Source of the DNA: Escherichia phage CMS-2020a
Direction: 5' to 3' (one strand)
Length of the DNA stretch: 64,000 nucleotides
Sequence record: CP053388.1
Positions 1 through 10,100 of this stretch are shown one piece after another (the first letter of the stretch is position 1; every line of letters begins with the position of its first letter). The translations under genes were made by a program, and so were the position numbers. The notes under the pieces were generated by a model. That model ran no database searches. It was given only the letters and a program-made list of their open reading frames with translations, and was not told the origin of the DNA.

Positions 1-104
1 TGTGAAAAAGGATTTGGCGTTCGGTTTCTTCAGTCATTACATCATTATTGCTGATATAGATAGGCTCAGCCCCATCGCAGAACAACACGCTGGCTGTTTG
101 TGGT

Positions 105-356
105 TTAATGACGCACCCACTTATCATACAACTCACGATGAACGGCAGAAGCATCTTTCTGACGTATTTTACTGCTCGTCTCATTCACCACTTTCACTGT
201 GTTTTGAAGTCGTTTTCTGTCTTCCTGTTTTGCCTTCTCTTCCATTGCTCGTCGCGCCGCATTCCCGCCCATCGTGTAAGCGCCGACAAGAACGAAAAGA
301 ACGGCAGCCAGCGTAATCAAAGCAACTTTTAGCTTTGTCATCAGGCTGCCTAGCAT
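105..356 (-). CDS. hypothetical membrane protein (N-terminal TM helix, charged C-terminus; possible spanin-like lysis component)
   Basis: 83-aa ORF with hydrophobic segment VALITLAAVLFVLVGAY; last gene of the late operon. Confidence 0.35.
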   Translation of the reverse strand: MLGSLMTKLKVALITLAAVLFVLVGAYTMGGNAARRAMEEKAKQEDRKRLQNTVKVVNETSSKIRQKDASAVHRELYDKWVRH

Positions 357-357
357 A

Positions 358-1077
358 TTAGACCATCCCTTTCTGGTGTCTTCTTACCTGCGACCAGGCA
401 ATGAATCCGGCCACAACAATAGTGGCAATGCCGAAGATGATGCGTACTGTATCCCCGCTAGAGATATGACCTTGTGCCTTATCCATAGCAGCGGAAACCT
501 GCGGCATAACATCGGCCAGCTGCGCCAGACCAATACCTGCTGTAACAGTTGCGCCTGCGGTTTCTTTAGTTACAGGAACAGCCTTCACGGTTTTCACCGG
601 CTTAACAACGCCAGCTCGACGCAGACCTTCCTCAATAACTTCTGCCGCATACCAGGTGTTCAGCGTTTTTAGCGGGCCTCGGCCATTCTCGTGGCGAATG
701 ATTGCCTCAACCAAAGGTCGAAGGATGTCGTAATCATGCAGATCGATGATCATGTCTGCGGTTACACCAACGGCTTTAGACACCTCATTAATGTAGGCGT
801 CAGTATTGTTTTCATTCGGCGGTGCCCAGCGTTCAATAACTTCACGAATGGTATCGATACTTGTGCCGTCTTTTGCGCGACGTTTATCGTGGTAGGTAAT
901 TAGAGTCACCGCCAGCGCACGAATCCCCCAAACAGGGTCTTTAAACGTGCAAAAGCGCGGTTCGGCAGGGTTGTCGATTAGCCCCTGCCACGGCGAACCT
1001 TTGTCGAGGTTGCCAGGGTTGTTATTACGAATGCCTCTCGGAGTTTTCATCCTTGATCTCCTGTTATTGCAGTCCAT
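358..1077 (-). CDS. hypothetical protein with C-terminal TM anchor (possible lysis or virion-associated protein)
   Basis: 239-aa ORF; RGIRNNNPGNL motif; C-terminal hydrophobic helix; sits between two small membrane proteins after the fibre genes. Confidence 0.45.
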   Translation of the reverse strand: MDCNNRRSRMKTPRGIRNNNPGNLDKGSPWQGLIDNPAEPRFCTFKDPVWGIRALAVTLITYHDKRRAKDGTSIDTIREVIERWAPPNENNTDAYINEVSKAVGVTADMIIDLHDYDILRPLVEAIIRHENGRGPLKTLNTWYAAEVIEEGLRRAGVVKPVKTVKAVPVTKETAGATVTAGIGLAQLADVMPQVSAAMDKAQGHISSGDTVRIIFGIATIVVAGFIAWSQVRRHQKGMV

Positions 1078-1399
1078 TCTTCACGCCATAAGCGGCCAGA
1101 CCCAGCAGCAGCGCGGTAATCAGGAACGACGTTATCTTTGAGATAATGCCGCCAAAGAACCCGCTGGAGATGGCGTCTAGCCGATTAAGTAGTTTGTCCA
1201 GGTTGGAGTGCTGAATGCTGTGTTGCGAAGGCGTCATATCGCCAAAGTAGGTTTTGAGCTGGTCGTTGACCTCCTGGCCAATTTCCTCACGCAACTCCTT
1301 ACCTAATTTGCCGACAACTTCACGCGCAACGATAGCGGCAATGCGCTCTACCTGCTCTGGCGTTACGCCTGCCATCTCGTTCGACATTATTTCCTCCAT
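1064..1399 (-). CDS. hypothetical small membrane protein (C-terminal TM; holin-like candidate)
   Basis: 111-aa ORF, C-terminal hydrophobic helix; overlaps start of downstream gene. Confidence 0.4.
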   Translation of the reverse strand: MEEIMSNEMAGVTPEQVERIAAIVAREVVGKLGKELREEIGQEVNDQLKTYFGDMTPSQHSIQHSNLDKLLNRLDAISSGFFGGIISKITSFLITALLLGLAAYGVKNGLQ

Positions 1400-1450
1400 G
1401 AATCGTCAAATCGGGATGGCGGTTTTATATCATAAAACGCCCACACTTGG

Positions 1451-1465
1451 TAGGTAAGTACTTAC
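1451..1465. promoter_or_regulatory. motif B palindrome
   Basis: taggtaagtacttac. Confidence 0.45.
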
Positions 1466-2301
1466 ACATGAGCGCCGTAAATTGCCCCAGCTTTAGTCCA
1501 TGTAGGCGCGTTGCCAGTTACGGCTTTACCAGCTGCTCCGCCGTTATATTCTGTACCGTTACCTTGAGTATTACATCTTCCTCCAGCAGCACCGACATTA
1601 CCACCCGAACCGCCTGTATATGCACTAAGAGACCCCTCACCAACAGATCCTTTACCAGGAGCGGAAATAGTACCAGCAGTTGCACCGGAACTCATATGAG
1701 AGGAAGACCCACCAGCACCGAATGGGCGACCACCGCCACCACCAAATATTAGTTTACCCCTGTTACCGCCGCCACCGCCGCCGCCACCTCCAGCGATTGC
1801 ACCATTATTCGTAATACGCAAGCGTGTACCGATGCCATTATTAATTGCGTTACCACCAGCAGCACCGGCAGCGTTACTACCACCATTGCCACCGCGTCCA
1901 TAGACAGTCACACCTGCGTTGATTACAAGGCTGATATAAGAGTTGGTAAGTGAACTCGGGAAATCTAAACATGGCACGCCGCTACTGGACGACACCAGAT
2001 CCCCTGTAATGGTAACAACGACTGGCGTCGCCCCCTGGGATTTTAAATAGTTGATCAGTGTGTCTTTGTTGTAGTTATGATTCGCACCGATGCTGTAATG
2101 AATTTCCTTAGAACGACCTGCTAACTGAGACATATTCCCAGCAGCAGACAATTGCACCGCCGTTCGAGCTGCACTCATCCATCTCTGGCCTGTCACACTG
2201 ACAGCCGAAGACCCAATCCAACCGGGAACACCGACAATTGGCACATCTAATCTCCTTTTTGATGTGAATATCCTGAATTGGTGAGGGTGGCCCCTCACCA
2301 T
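1462..2301 (-). CDS. glycine-rich protein (poly-Gly tracts; candidate adhesin or tail-fibre accessory)
   Basis: 279 aa with runs such as GGGGGGGGGN and many GGxGG repeats, directly downstream of the tail fibre gene. Confidence 0.6.
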   Translation of the reverse strand: MVRGHPHQFRIFTSKRRLDVPIVGVPGWIGSSAVSVTGQRWMSAARTAVQLSAAGNMSQLAGRSKEIHYSIGANHNYNKDTLINYLKSQGATPVVVTITGDLVSSSSGVPCLDFPSSLTNSYISLVINAGVTVYGRGGNGGSNAAGAAGGNAINNGIGTRLRITNNGAIAGGGGGGGGGNRGKLIFGGGGGRPFGAGGSSSHMSSGATAGTISAPGKGSVGEGSLSAYTGGSGGNVGAAGGRCNTQGNGTEYNGGAAGKAVTGNAPTWTKAGAIYGAHV

Positions 2302-2310
2302 TCACCTTGA

Positions 2311-5300
2311 TTACATTTTTGCCTTCAGTTCGCGCACTTCCTCGCGCAGCTCTTTGACAGCCTCGACCAACATGCCGATAACGCCGTTGTAGTTAAGACG
2401 CAGACGAGGCTCTCCTGACTGATCGTTATGGTCAACCGTTACCAGTTCAGGCTGAACATTCTGGACGTCCTGAGCGATGAGGCCGCCAGACTGCTCATAC
2501 CGGTCACAGACCTGAATCTCGTACAGAACACCTTCGATCCGATCCAGCTTGTCGAGCGCTCGTTCAATCTTGCGAATATTGCGTTTGCTACGACGGTCAG
2601 AGCGGATATAAACGTCATTAAAGCTGCCATTACCGCCACAAACCCAAGTACCATCATTCTGGAGGTATGCGTTCGCATCCGTGCCGTTTGCGGTACGTGA
2701 GTTGTTGATCATGTAAAAACCAAACTGACTGTTTCCCAAGCCACCCAAGAAGAATTTGCGATCCGCGTGGTCTTGTCTCAACAACGCTTGTGCAGAGCTT
2801 GTACTTACAGCGTTCCTCCCGAAGATGACGTTCTGGTTACGCATATCTATCCACGCGCCAGAGCCGCTGTTGATGGAAAAACGGTTGGCGTAAACCCACG
2901 CACTTGACGTGATGTCACCCGTTACACTCAACGGCTTAAGGCTTTGCAGCGTGCTATTAACGAACCTAAAAACATGGGCGCTATTGGCGTAAACATCCAG
3001 AATGCCATCTCCGTTCTGTTTAAAGCCGGTGTCATTGTCACCCAGAACAATGGAATTACCGCCAAGAGCACTGGATGTACCGATGCCCAGTGCACCATTC
3101 AATTGACCTCCAGATAATGATAACGCCCCAACATCAGCAGCAGTCGGTTTAATGTGCGAACTGTAAATTACATATACAGTTCCATCTGTCAGGCCTGTTG
3201 GTTTATTCGCTGTATAAGTTGGTGATGTATGAATCGTTACGCTGGCGTTACTGGTATAATCCCACTGGATATTAACACCTGTGGCGTAATTACCTATTTC
3301 TACATAAATGTCATAGGTATCACCGGATGTATTCACCCATGCAAAATTAGTAAATCCAACCGAGGTCCGTCGCCATAATGCACCAGTAATACCTTTGGGG
3401 TTCCCATTTCCTGCACGCAGAACCAGCTCAGAGATGCCTGCTTGCTGCGGGGAGCCAACGTTAAACCCTGCGCCACCAATCAGGCTTATGTAAACCACGG
3501 AACTGGCTTGTGGCATGGTTACAGTTGCCAGCTTGAACCATCCGGCACCACCACTAAAAGACATTGTTGCTGAGTTGATCGTGCCTATAGACCTTGGAGT
3601 TAGCTCAATATTTTTAGAACCGTCAAACGACACCCCATTTATAGTTCTAGCGGTTTGTAACTTGGTCGCTGTCGCTGCATTACCGGTTGTGTTCTGGTTA
3701 CCAGCAATGTTTACACCCGGCAGGTTGATATTGGCGGAGCCATCGAATGACACGCCGCCTATTGTGCGTGCTGTTTGCAGTTTTGTTGCAGTTGCAGCAT
3801 TACCGTTCAAACTACCATTGATGCCGCCAGTAACATTGAGTCCATTACCGATCGTAACAGCACCGCTGGTATTATTAATTATAATAGGTCGCAAACCGTT
3901 CCATGAACCTAATGTGTCTCCTGATGCTGTTAGCATGAAATATGTGTTCGATCCATCATTACGGATAAAGAATCCATAGTTGCCATAGGCAATGCGCAGA
4001 CCATTCGCCGATTTTGAAATAATCTCGCCAGCAGCAGTTAATCCGCCAGTTAACGCTCCTCCAGAAAGCGATAATGCTCCTACATCAGAAGCTGTTGGTT
4101 TGTTTCTAGTGTTATAAGAACGACGCCAGCCTGGCGCGTAATCACTGCCATTGTACACATAAATAAATTCCGCATTGTTAACACCACCATGACCCGATGT
4201 TGTTGTCGTTGTAACACGAATAGTGTAGTGGCTTGTTGCCTTATTACTAAACACCTCAATCACGGAACCAGATAGATCGATCCTACCGCAACCAGTGTCG
4301 TCTATATAATTATTGTTGGCGTAAGTCCATGAGCACCGTGCGATCCAATGTTTGTTTGTAAATGCCCCCTGATTATTTAGCCAAGTTATAAATTGAGCAG
4401 TCGTAAATGCCGTTCCGTTACCACTATTTAACCATCCAGCGGCAGCGGTTGGCGCGTTTATATCAGCCGGCTGAGGCATAAATCCAGTCGTGTAAACCTG
4501 CTCCCAACCACTTTCAAAACCATAGCCATCTCTTGAGGAACGGTAGAACAGACCACCATTTTTATAGTGAGCTTTAATTTGAAGCGTACGGCAACTACCT
4601 AAACCGGTATAAAAGTTGGCAAGAATATAACTGTGGCCTGTTCTATTTACATTATAAGCACCAGATTCAGCATTCCACGGCACGCCACCATCAGCATCCG
4701 CATATGACCCTGTTGCCCTTCTTGCGAAAGCGGCAACATGCGCAGCGGTTAAAGTGATATCAGTAGAACCATCAAATGGAACACCGGATATTTTTCTTAC
4801 CGTCTGAAGTTTTGTAGCAGTTGCAGCATTACCAGTGGTGTTCTGATTACCCGTAGTGTTTACACCTGGAAGGTTAATATTTGCAGAACCGTCGAAAACA
4901 ACTCCACCGATAGATCTTGCCGTCTGCAATTTCGTGGCTGTACTTGCATTACCATTCAATGAACCAGTTAATCCACCTGTAACAGACAACGGACCTGAAA
5001 CTGTTCCTCCGGTTGTTGGCAGTGCTCCAATATCTAACGGCGTCGGTTTCTGATGTGTGCTATACATCGTATAAACAACACCATCGGTAACGCTGGAAGG
5101 CTTACTCGCTGAATATGTTGGCGATGTATAAATAGAAACTGTCGCATTTGCAGTACAATCCCAATGGATATTTACACGAGTCGCATAATTGCCAATCTCA
5201 ACGTAAATATCATATGTATCGCCGGATGTGTTGATCCAGGCGAAATTCGTTAACCCGACGGCTGTACGCTTCCACAAAGCCCCGGTAATTCCTTTGGGGT

Positions 5301-7041
5301 TTCCATTGCCTGCTCGTAGAACCAGTTCTGAAATGCCTGCCTGATGTGGGGAACCGACGTTGTAACCAGCGCCACCAATCAATGCGATGTAAACGATGGA
5401 ACTCGCTTGTGGCATGGTAACCGTAGCCAGTTTGAACCACCCAGCCCCGCCAGAGAAAGACATCGTTACTGAATTTAAAGTACCAATATCTTTCGGCGTT
5501 AATGTTATATCCGCAGTCAGTGCTTTTCCGTTAACTTTTCGGTTAGATGGCACCCTGCTATTCGCATTGTCATTGGCTGCTTTAACTGCTTTTGGCGTTG
5601 CGGCCAGCGATTCACTGGTGCTATCAACAGCACTGCTAAGTTTCACAACACCTTTAGTTGTAAGGCTTGCGTCTTCCATCGCAACTGCACCGGCAATCTC
5701 TTCAGCACGATCAGCAGCAGCTTCCGCACGGGTCGCAGCGGATTCAGCAGCAGTTTTGCTCTGAGATGCTGCCGTCGCACTGCCTGCCGCCTCTGTTGCT
5801 TTCGTGGATGCCGTCGTGGCGCTGCCCTTCGCTGCTGACGCCTGTCTGGTCGCCTCATCTTTTGAAGCAGACGCAGATGATGCCGATGACGCTGCCGAAC
5901 TGGCGGACGATGCGGCTGCCGTTTTTGAGGATTCTGCACGGGTTTCCGACGCTTTCGCGTTCGTTTCGGATGTCTTCGCTGCGGAAGCAGACCTCGCTGC
6001 TGCGCTGGCCTGTTCAGTGGCTTCGCCAGCCTTCGTTGTGGCTGTTGAAGCAGACGATGCGGCACTTTCTGCCGATTTTCCGGCGGCGGTGGCACTGGCT
6101 GAGGCCTGCCCGGCACTTGTTGACGCGGCACTGGCAGACGACGCAGCCGCTGTTTTTGAGCCTGCCGCAGCTGAGGCACTCTGTCCCGCTGCCGTTTCAG
6201 AAGACCTGGCGTTCGTCTCGGACGTTTTTGCCGCCTTCGCGGAATTGCCTGCCGCTGTTGCCGAGGAGGCTGCACTACTGGCGCTCGAGGCTGCGCTCGT
6301 TTCTGATGATTTTGCCGCCTCTTTTGAAGCCGACGCATCTCTGGCTGAGGTGGCAGCTTCTGACGCTTTCGTGGTCGCGGTGGATGCAGAAGTGGCTGCA
6401 GATTTTTGTGACGCTGCAGCATTCGTTTCAGATTTTTTCGCAGCAGTTGCACTCGCACTTGCGGCACTTTGTGAGGATGCCGCAGCGGATGCACTTTGAG
6501 ACGCTTGAGAGGCTTTTTCTCCAGCGATATTGGCGCTTTCTGCTGCTGCGGCAGCACTGGCCGCCGCCTCACGAGCTTTGTCGCCAGCAGCATCAATCGC
6601 GTCAGTGTTATTTTTATACCACTCAACGTTTTCGTTGTGCTCGTTGACGATCTGCATTAGCGGCTTAACGGTCACTTCTGTACCGTCTTCACGCTCGATT
6701 GTCACCTCATCCAGAGCAGTCAACCAACTGCGCATGGACTTGGAATCAGCCGACATACGCGACATTAGTGCTGTAAAGCGCGCGCTAAACTGTGTTAAGT
6801 CGCCTTCATAGGTCGTAATGATTCGGCACGGAACTTCAGACTGAGTTTCGCCGGTATAAGGTTCTGAGAGAACAATGTTCGTATCACTGGTTACGCGCTT
6901 GATCTCATACAGCTTATTGTCGGGGCCAATGACGATCATCCCCGGCAACACACCATTAGCTGTTACGTTCCAGGCTGTCCCTGCCCCAACCAGAGTATTG
7001 CTACCCTGTGTAAATGTGATAGTACCTTCCCTGTACCACAT
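2311..7041 (-). CDS. long tail fibre protein with Ala/Ser-rich stalk, duplicated receptor-binding-type modules and C-terminal intramolecular chaperone (S74-like) domain
   Basis: 1576 aa; repeated TIGGVxFDGSxNIxL and NAATATKLQTAR fibre repeats; two copies of the MSFSGGAGWFKLATVTMPQASS module; C-terminal SDRRSKRNI motif. Confidence 0.9.
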   Translation of the reverse strand: MWYREGTITFTQGSNTLVGAGTAWNVTANGVLPGMIVIGPDNKLYEIKRVTSDTNIVLSEPYTGETQSEVPCRIITTYEGDLTQFSARFTALMSRMSADSKSMRSWLTALDEVTIEREDGTEVTVKPLMQIVNEHNENVEWYKNNTDAIDAAGDKAREAAASAAAAAESANIAGEKASQASQSASAAASSQSAASASATAAKKSETNAAASQKSAATSASTATTKASEAATSARDASASKEAAKSSETSAASSASSAASSATAAGNSAKAAKTSETNARSSETAAGQSASAAAGSKTAAASSASAASTSAGQASASATAAGKSAESAASSASTATTKAGEATEQASAAARSASAAKTSETNAKASETRAESSKTAAASSASSAASSASSASASKDEATRQASAAKGSATTASTKATEAAGSATAASQSKTAAESAATRAEAAADRAEEIAGAVAMEDASLTTKGVVKLSSAVDSTSESLAATPKAVKAANDNANSRVPSNRKVNGKALTADITLTPKDIGTLNSVTMSFSGGAGWFKLATVTMPQASSIVYIALIGGAGYNVGSPHQAGISELVLRAGNGNPKGITGALWKRTAVGLTNFAWINTSGDTYDIYVEIGNYATRVNIHWDCTANATVSIYTSPTYSASKPSSVTDGVVYTMYSTHQKPTPLDIGALPTTGGTVSGPLSVTGGLTGSLNGNASTATKLQTARSIGGVVFDGSANINLPGVNTTGNQNTTGNAATATKLQTVRKISGVPFDGSTDITLTAAHVAAFARRATGSYADADGGVPWNAESGAYNVNRTGHSYILANFYTGLGSCRTLQIKAHYKNGGLFYRSSRDGYGFESGWEQVYTTGFMPQPADINAPTAAAGWLNSGNGTAFTTAQFITWLNNQGAFTNKHWIARCSWTYANNNYIDDTGCGRIDLSGSVIEVFSNKATSHYTIRVTTTTTSGHGGVNNAEFIYVYNGSDYAPGWRRSYNTRNKPTASDVGALSLSGGALTGGLTAAGEIISKSANGLRIAYGNYGFFIRNDGSNTYFMLTASGDTLGSWNGLRPIIINNTSGAVTIGNGLNVTGGINGSLNGNAATATKLQTARTIGGVSFDGSANINLPGVNIAGNQNTTGNAATATKLQTARTINGVSFDGSKNIELTPRSIGTINSATMSFSGGAGWFKLATVTMPQASSVVYISLIGGAGFNVGSPQQAGISELVLRAGNGNPKGITGALWRRTSVGFTNFAWVNTSGDTYDIYVEIGNYATGVNIQWDYTSNASVTIHTSPTYTANKPTGLTDGTVYVIYSSHIKPTAADVGALSLSGGQLNGALGIGTSSALGGNSIVLGDNDTGFKQNGDGILDVYANSAHVFRFVNSTLQSLKPLSVTGDITSSAWVYANRFSINSGSGAWIDMRNQNVIFGRNAVSTSSAQALLRQDHADRKFFLGGLGNSQFGFYMINNSRTANGTDANAYLQNDGTWVCGGNGSFNDVYIRSDRRSKRNIRKIERALDKLDRIEGVLYEIQVCDRYEQSGGLIAQDVQNVQPELVTVDHNDQSGEPRLRLNYNGVIGMLVEAVKELREEVRELKAKM
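3125..3840 (-). repeat. intragenic direct repeat block, copy 2 (module X2 plus fibre-repeat set 2) within tail fibre gene
   Basis: About 80-85% nucleotide identity to 4760-5470; antisense ORFs at 3515 and 5414 start with the same MVTVASLNHPAPP peptide. Confidence 0.75.
4760..5470 (-). repeat. intragenic direct repeat block, copy 1 (module X1 plus fibre-repeat set 1) within tail fibre gene
   Basis: Paralogous to 3125-3840 (offsets about 1.15 and 1.9 kb for the two sub-modules). Confidence 0.75.
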
Positions 7042-7083
7042 GTTGAATATGCTCCTTGATTTGGCGGGCTATCCTTGCCCGCC

Positions 7084-7104
7084 ATTAAGTAAATACTTAC
7101 CTAT
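7084..7104. promoter_or_regulatory. motif B palindrome
   Basis: attaagtaaatacttacctat between J and tail fibre genes. Confidence 0.5.
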
Positions 7105-7134
7105 TTTTACCGATATAAAATTTTTTTTCCACCA

Positions 7135-10100
7135 TCACAGACGGCCAATTCTTACTCGTAAGACGTTGTTATCGTCATAAACGTCAATCCGCTGACCATT
7201 TATAACCAATCGCCCATTGCCGCCGCTATTACCGTTGATCTCAAGCGTTCCATTTTTGCCGAACCGCCATCCAGATCTACCGCTAACAAAATTGGTAGAT
7301 TGCAGATCGCCTACTTTTGCATTGGTGATTGTGCCATCCTTGATATACGCTCCATTCATATAGGCGATACTGTTTTCGATAACAAATGGCGTTGTGATCT
7401 TCCCGTTAACAGAGTTGACCAAACCAAACCTGTCAGCCTGCACCAAAAACTGAGAAAGGCCAGTGGTGTCGATACCAAGCGCAATACCAGCAACATACTT
7501 CTGCCCTCCGCTCGTTGAAGTTTCCATTTTCAACGTCCACGCGGTTGACACTTTTTTGTTGGTATCAGCAATAGCTGTTGCCTGCTGTTGAATTGTCGCG
7601 GTATTTCCATCCACCTCTGCTTTCAGAGTATCGATTCGCCCACTCAGAGCATTATCTGCCTGCGTTCTCGCTGTCGTTTCAGTTGTTACCGCCGCGGAAA
7701 TGTTGGCTGCCGTTTGAGACTCTAAGTTTGTGATTTGAGTCGCCAATGCGGCATCTTGCTCTGTACGCGTTTTCGTTTCGGTTGCTACAGCCGCTTTAAT
7801 ATCCTCTTTGTATTGAGAGGTCAGCTTGGTGATCTGAGACGACAACGCCGAGTCAGCATCAGTTCGAGCCTGCGTTTCAACTGCAACGGCCGCACTAATA
7901 TCTTTCGCTGTCTGTGCTTTTAAACTTGAAACCTCTTTTGTTAAAGCGGTATCACCATCTGCACGAGCCGTTGTTTCTCTGGCAAGAGACGCCTCGAGAT
8001 CATTAGCTTTTGCTGTAAGAGACGTAATCTGGGTAGACAATGCACTATCGGCATCAGTCCTTGCTTTTGTCTCTACAGCAACCGCTGCGGCAATATCAGT
8101 TCCGGTTTGTGCTCGCAGGCTGTTAATTTCTCGTGAGAGCGCCTGGTCAGCACTTGCCCTGGCCTCCTGCTCCTGAGTGATGGCAGCGGATATATCACCG
8201 TCAACCTTTGACTGAAGCTGGTTTATTTGTTTGGCTAACGCAGAGTCCCCGCTTGCTCGAGCCTCCTGCTCACTACGTATTGCAGCAGAAATATCATCAT
8301 CAACCTTTGCCTGAAGTTGGGTGATCTGGCTTGCCAGAGCCGAATCTTCCGTTGCTCGGGCTTCTTGCTCTTCCTTAATAGCTGCGACGATATCGTTGCT
8401 TACTTTCGACTCAAGCTGAGTGATCTGTGTCGTCAGAGCTTCATCGGCAGATGTACGAGCCTCCTGCTCTGTACTAATCGCCGCGCTGATATCTCCTTCA
8501 AACTTAGATTGCAGCTGAGTGACACGCTTTGCCAACGCTTCATCGCCATCGGCACGAGCGGTGGACTCTTCCAGAATACTGGCCTTAATGTCTTCGCCAA
8601 TTTCTACGCGAATTTCCTCAACCTTCGTGGCTATTGCAGACATATCATCAGCAAAGGTTTTCTGTGTTGTTGCGATCTTCGCGTTATTGACCATCTGCTT
8701 GTGCTGGTCTTCATCTTGACGAAGAGCCAGGTCAATATTTGTTTTGGCTAACGCCTCAATGTTCGTAGTCAGTTCTGCACTGGCACGATCGACCTCTGCA
8801 ACCGTCTTTTTCATTTCTTCAACGGCAGCGGAGCTTTCCTCTACCGTTGACTGCAACACTTCCAGTTGTTTAGCGTTTGCAGCATCGCCTTCAACACGAG
8901 CCTCGCTTTCCTTAGCAATAAGAGCCGCCGCTTCATCTCTTGCAGCCTTTATTGCCTCGACTGTATTAGCGAGAGCTTTATCGTGTTCAGATACGGTGTT
9001 TTCGATTTCAACAATTGCAGCATCAGTAGCATCAATTTTTTCAAACGCTTCATTGACCTTGTCAATCGTTGCCGAAACCTCACCTTTAAGCTCGGTTTGT
9101 GCGTTCTCCAAAGCATCGCTACGCTCGTTGAATTTTATTTCAAAATCCGCGAGGTTATCGCTGAACTGCTTATCTAATTCAGCTATATCTTCCTTAACGT
9201 CGTTTACCGCCCCCTCCAAAGATTCGACGCTCTGGTTGATATGCTCATTTAACTCGTCAACTGCTTCTTGAGAGGCTTTGCTGTTGATGTCCTCAAGCAG
9301 AGCCTGACCAAGCTCGGAAGATGTAATTTTGCCAGTCAGGAACGACAGTACATCGCGAGTTGTCGCCTCTGTACCCAAGTTTGAGTTCGGAGGACTTAAC
9401 ATACCTCGCTTGTTCGATGCTCGAACCCAGTAATACCACGTTTCGCTATCCCCAAGACCAGCATGTGTAAAGGTGGTGCTTGCAGACTCTGCGATCAGTT
9501 TCGCCGTATCCAGATTGTTGGTCTGGGATGCGTAAACATTAATGTGATCAAGGTCTACCGAATCTGGATTAACCCAATTCAGTATCACATTACGATAGTC
9601 TCCAACGGCCGTTAATGACGTTGGGGAATCCGGCGGTGTCATTGTGCCCAACACCTGATAAACGGTACTGATAATCTCTGTTTTTTTACCGTTGAATGAA
9701 ACCGCATACAGCTGGAAGTCGTAGCGTCCATTCTCCGCGACATTAACGATTTCGTATTGCTCTTCGGTTACACGCGCCGATTGCCAGTTCGATACATTGT
9801 TTTCATCAGAACGTCGCCAACTGATCCAATACTCTGGAGATTTCCCTTCCCATGTTGCAGTCAGTTTTACTGACAGGTTGCCAGGGCTTGAGAGATAAGT
9901 CCCTTCGGTGATTTGCAAATTAGACGGCTTGGAGTAAGTCGGGTCCAATACCGTCGTATTCTGCGGGATAAGCGTTGCACCATTGTCGATTGCCTCATAT
10001 TTAGACGGATTGTTCTCAACAGCGGTGATGTCAAAGCTACCCGGCGTTTCCCCCTGCGCGATGTTAACGATGCGAACGCGCATAGGTTCGAGATCTGGTT

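Noticed and set aside
5643-6647. Three long overlapping ORFs (327, 326 and 231 aa) in alternate and antisense frames inside the tail fibre gene
   Set aside because: They are low-complexity translations (Arg/Gln/Pro-rich or Ala/Asp-rich) of the Ala/Ser-rich stalk region; the fibre frame is continuous and clearly the real gene.
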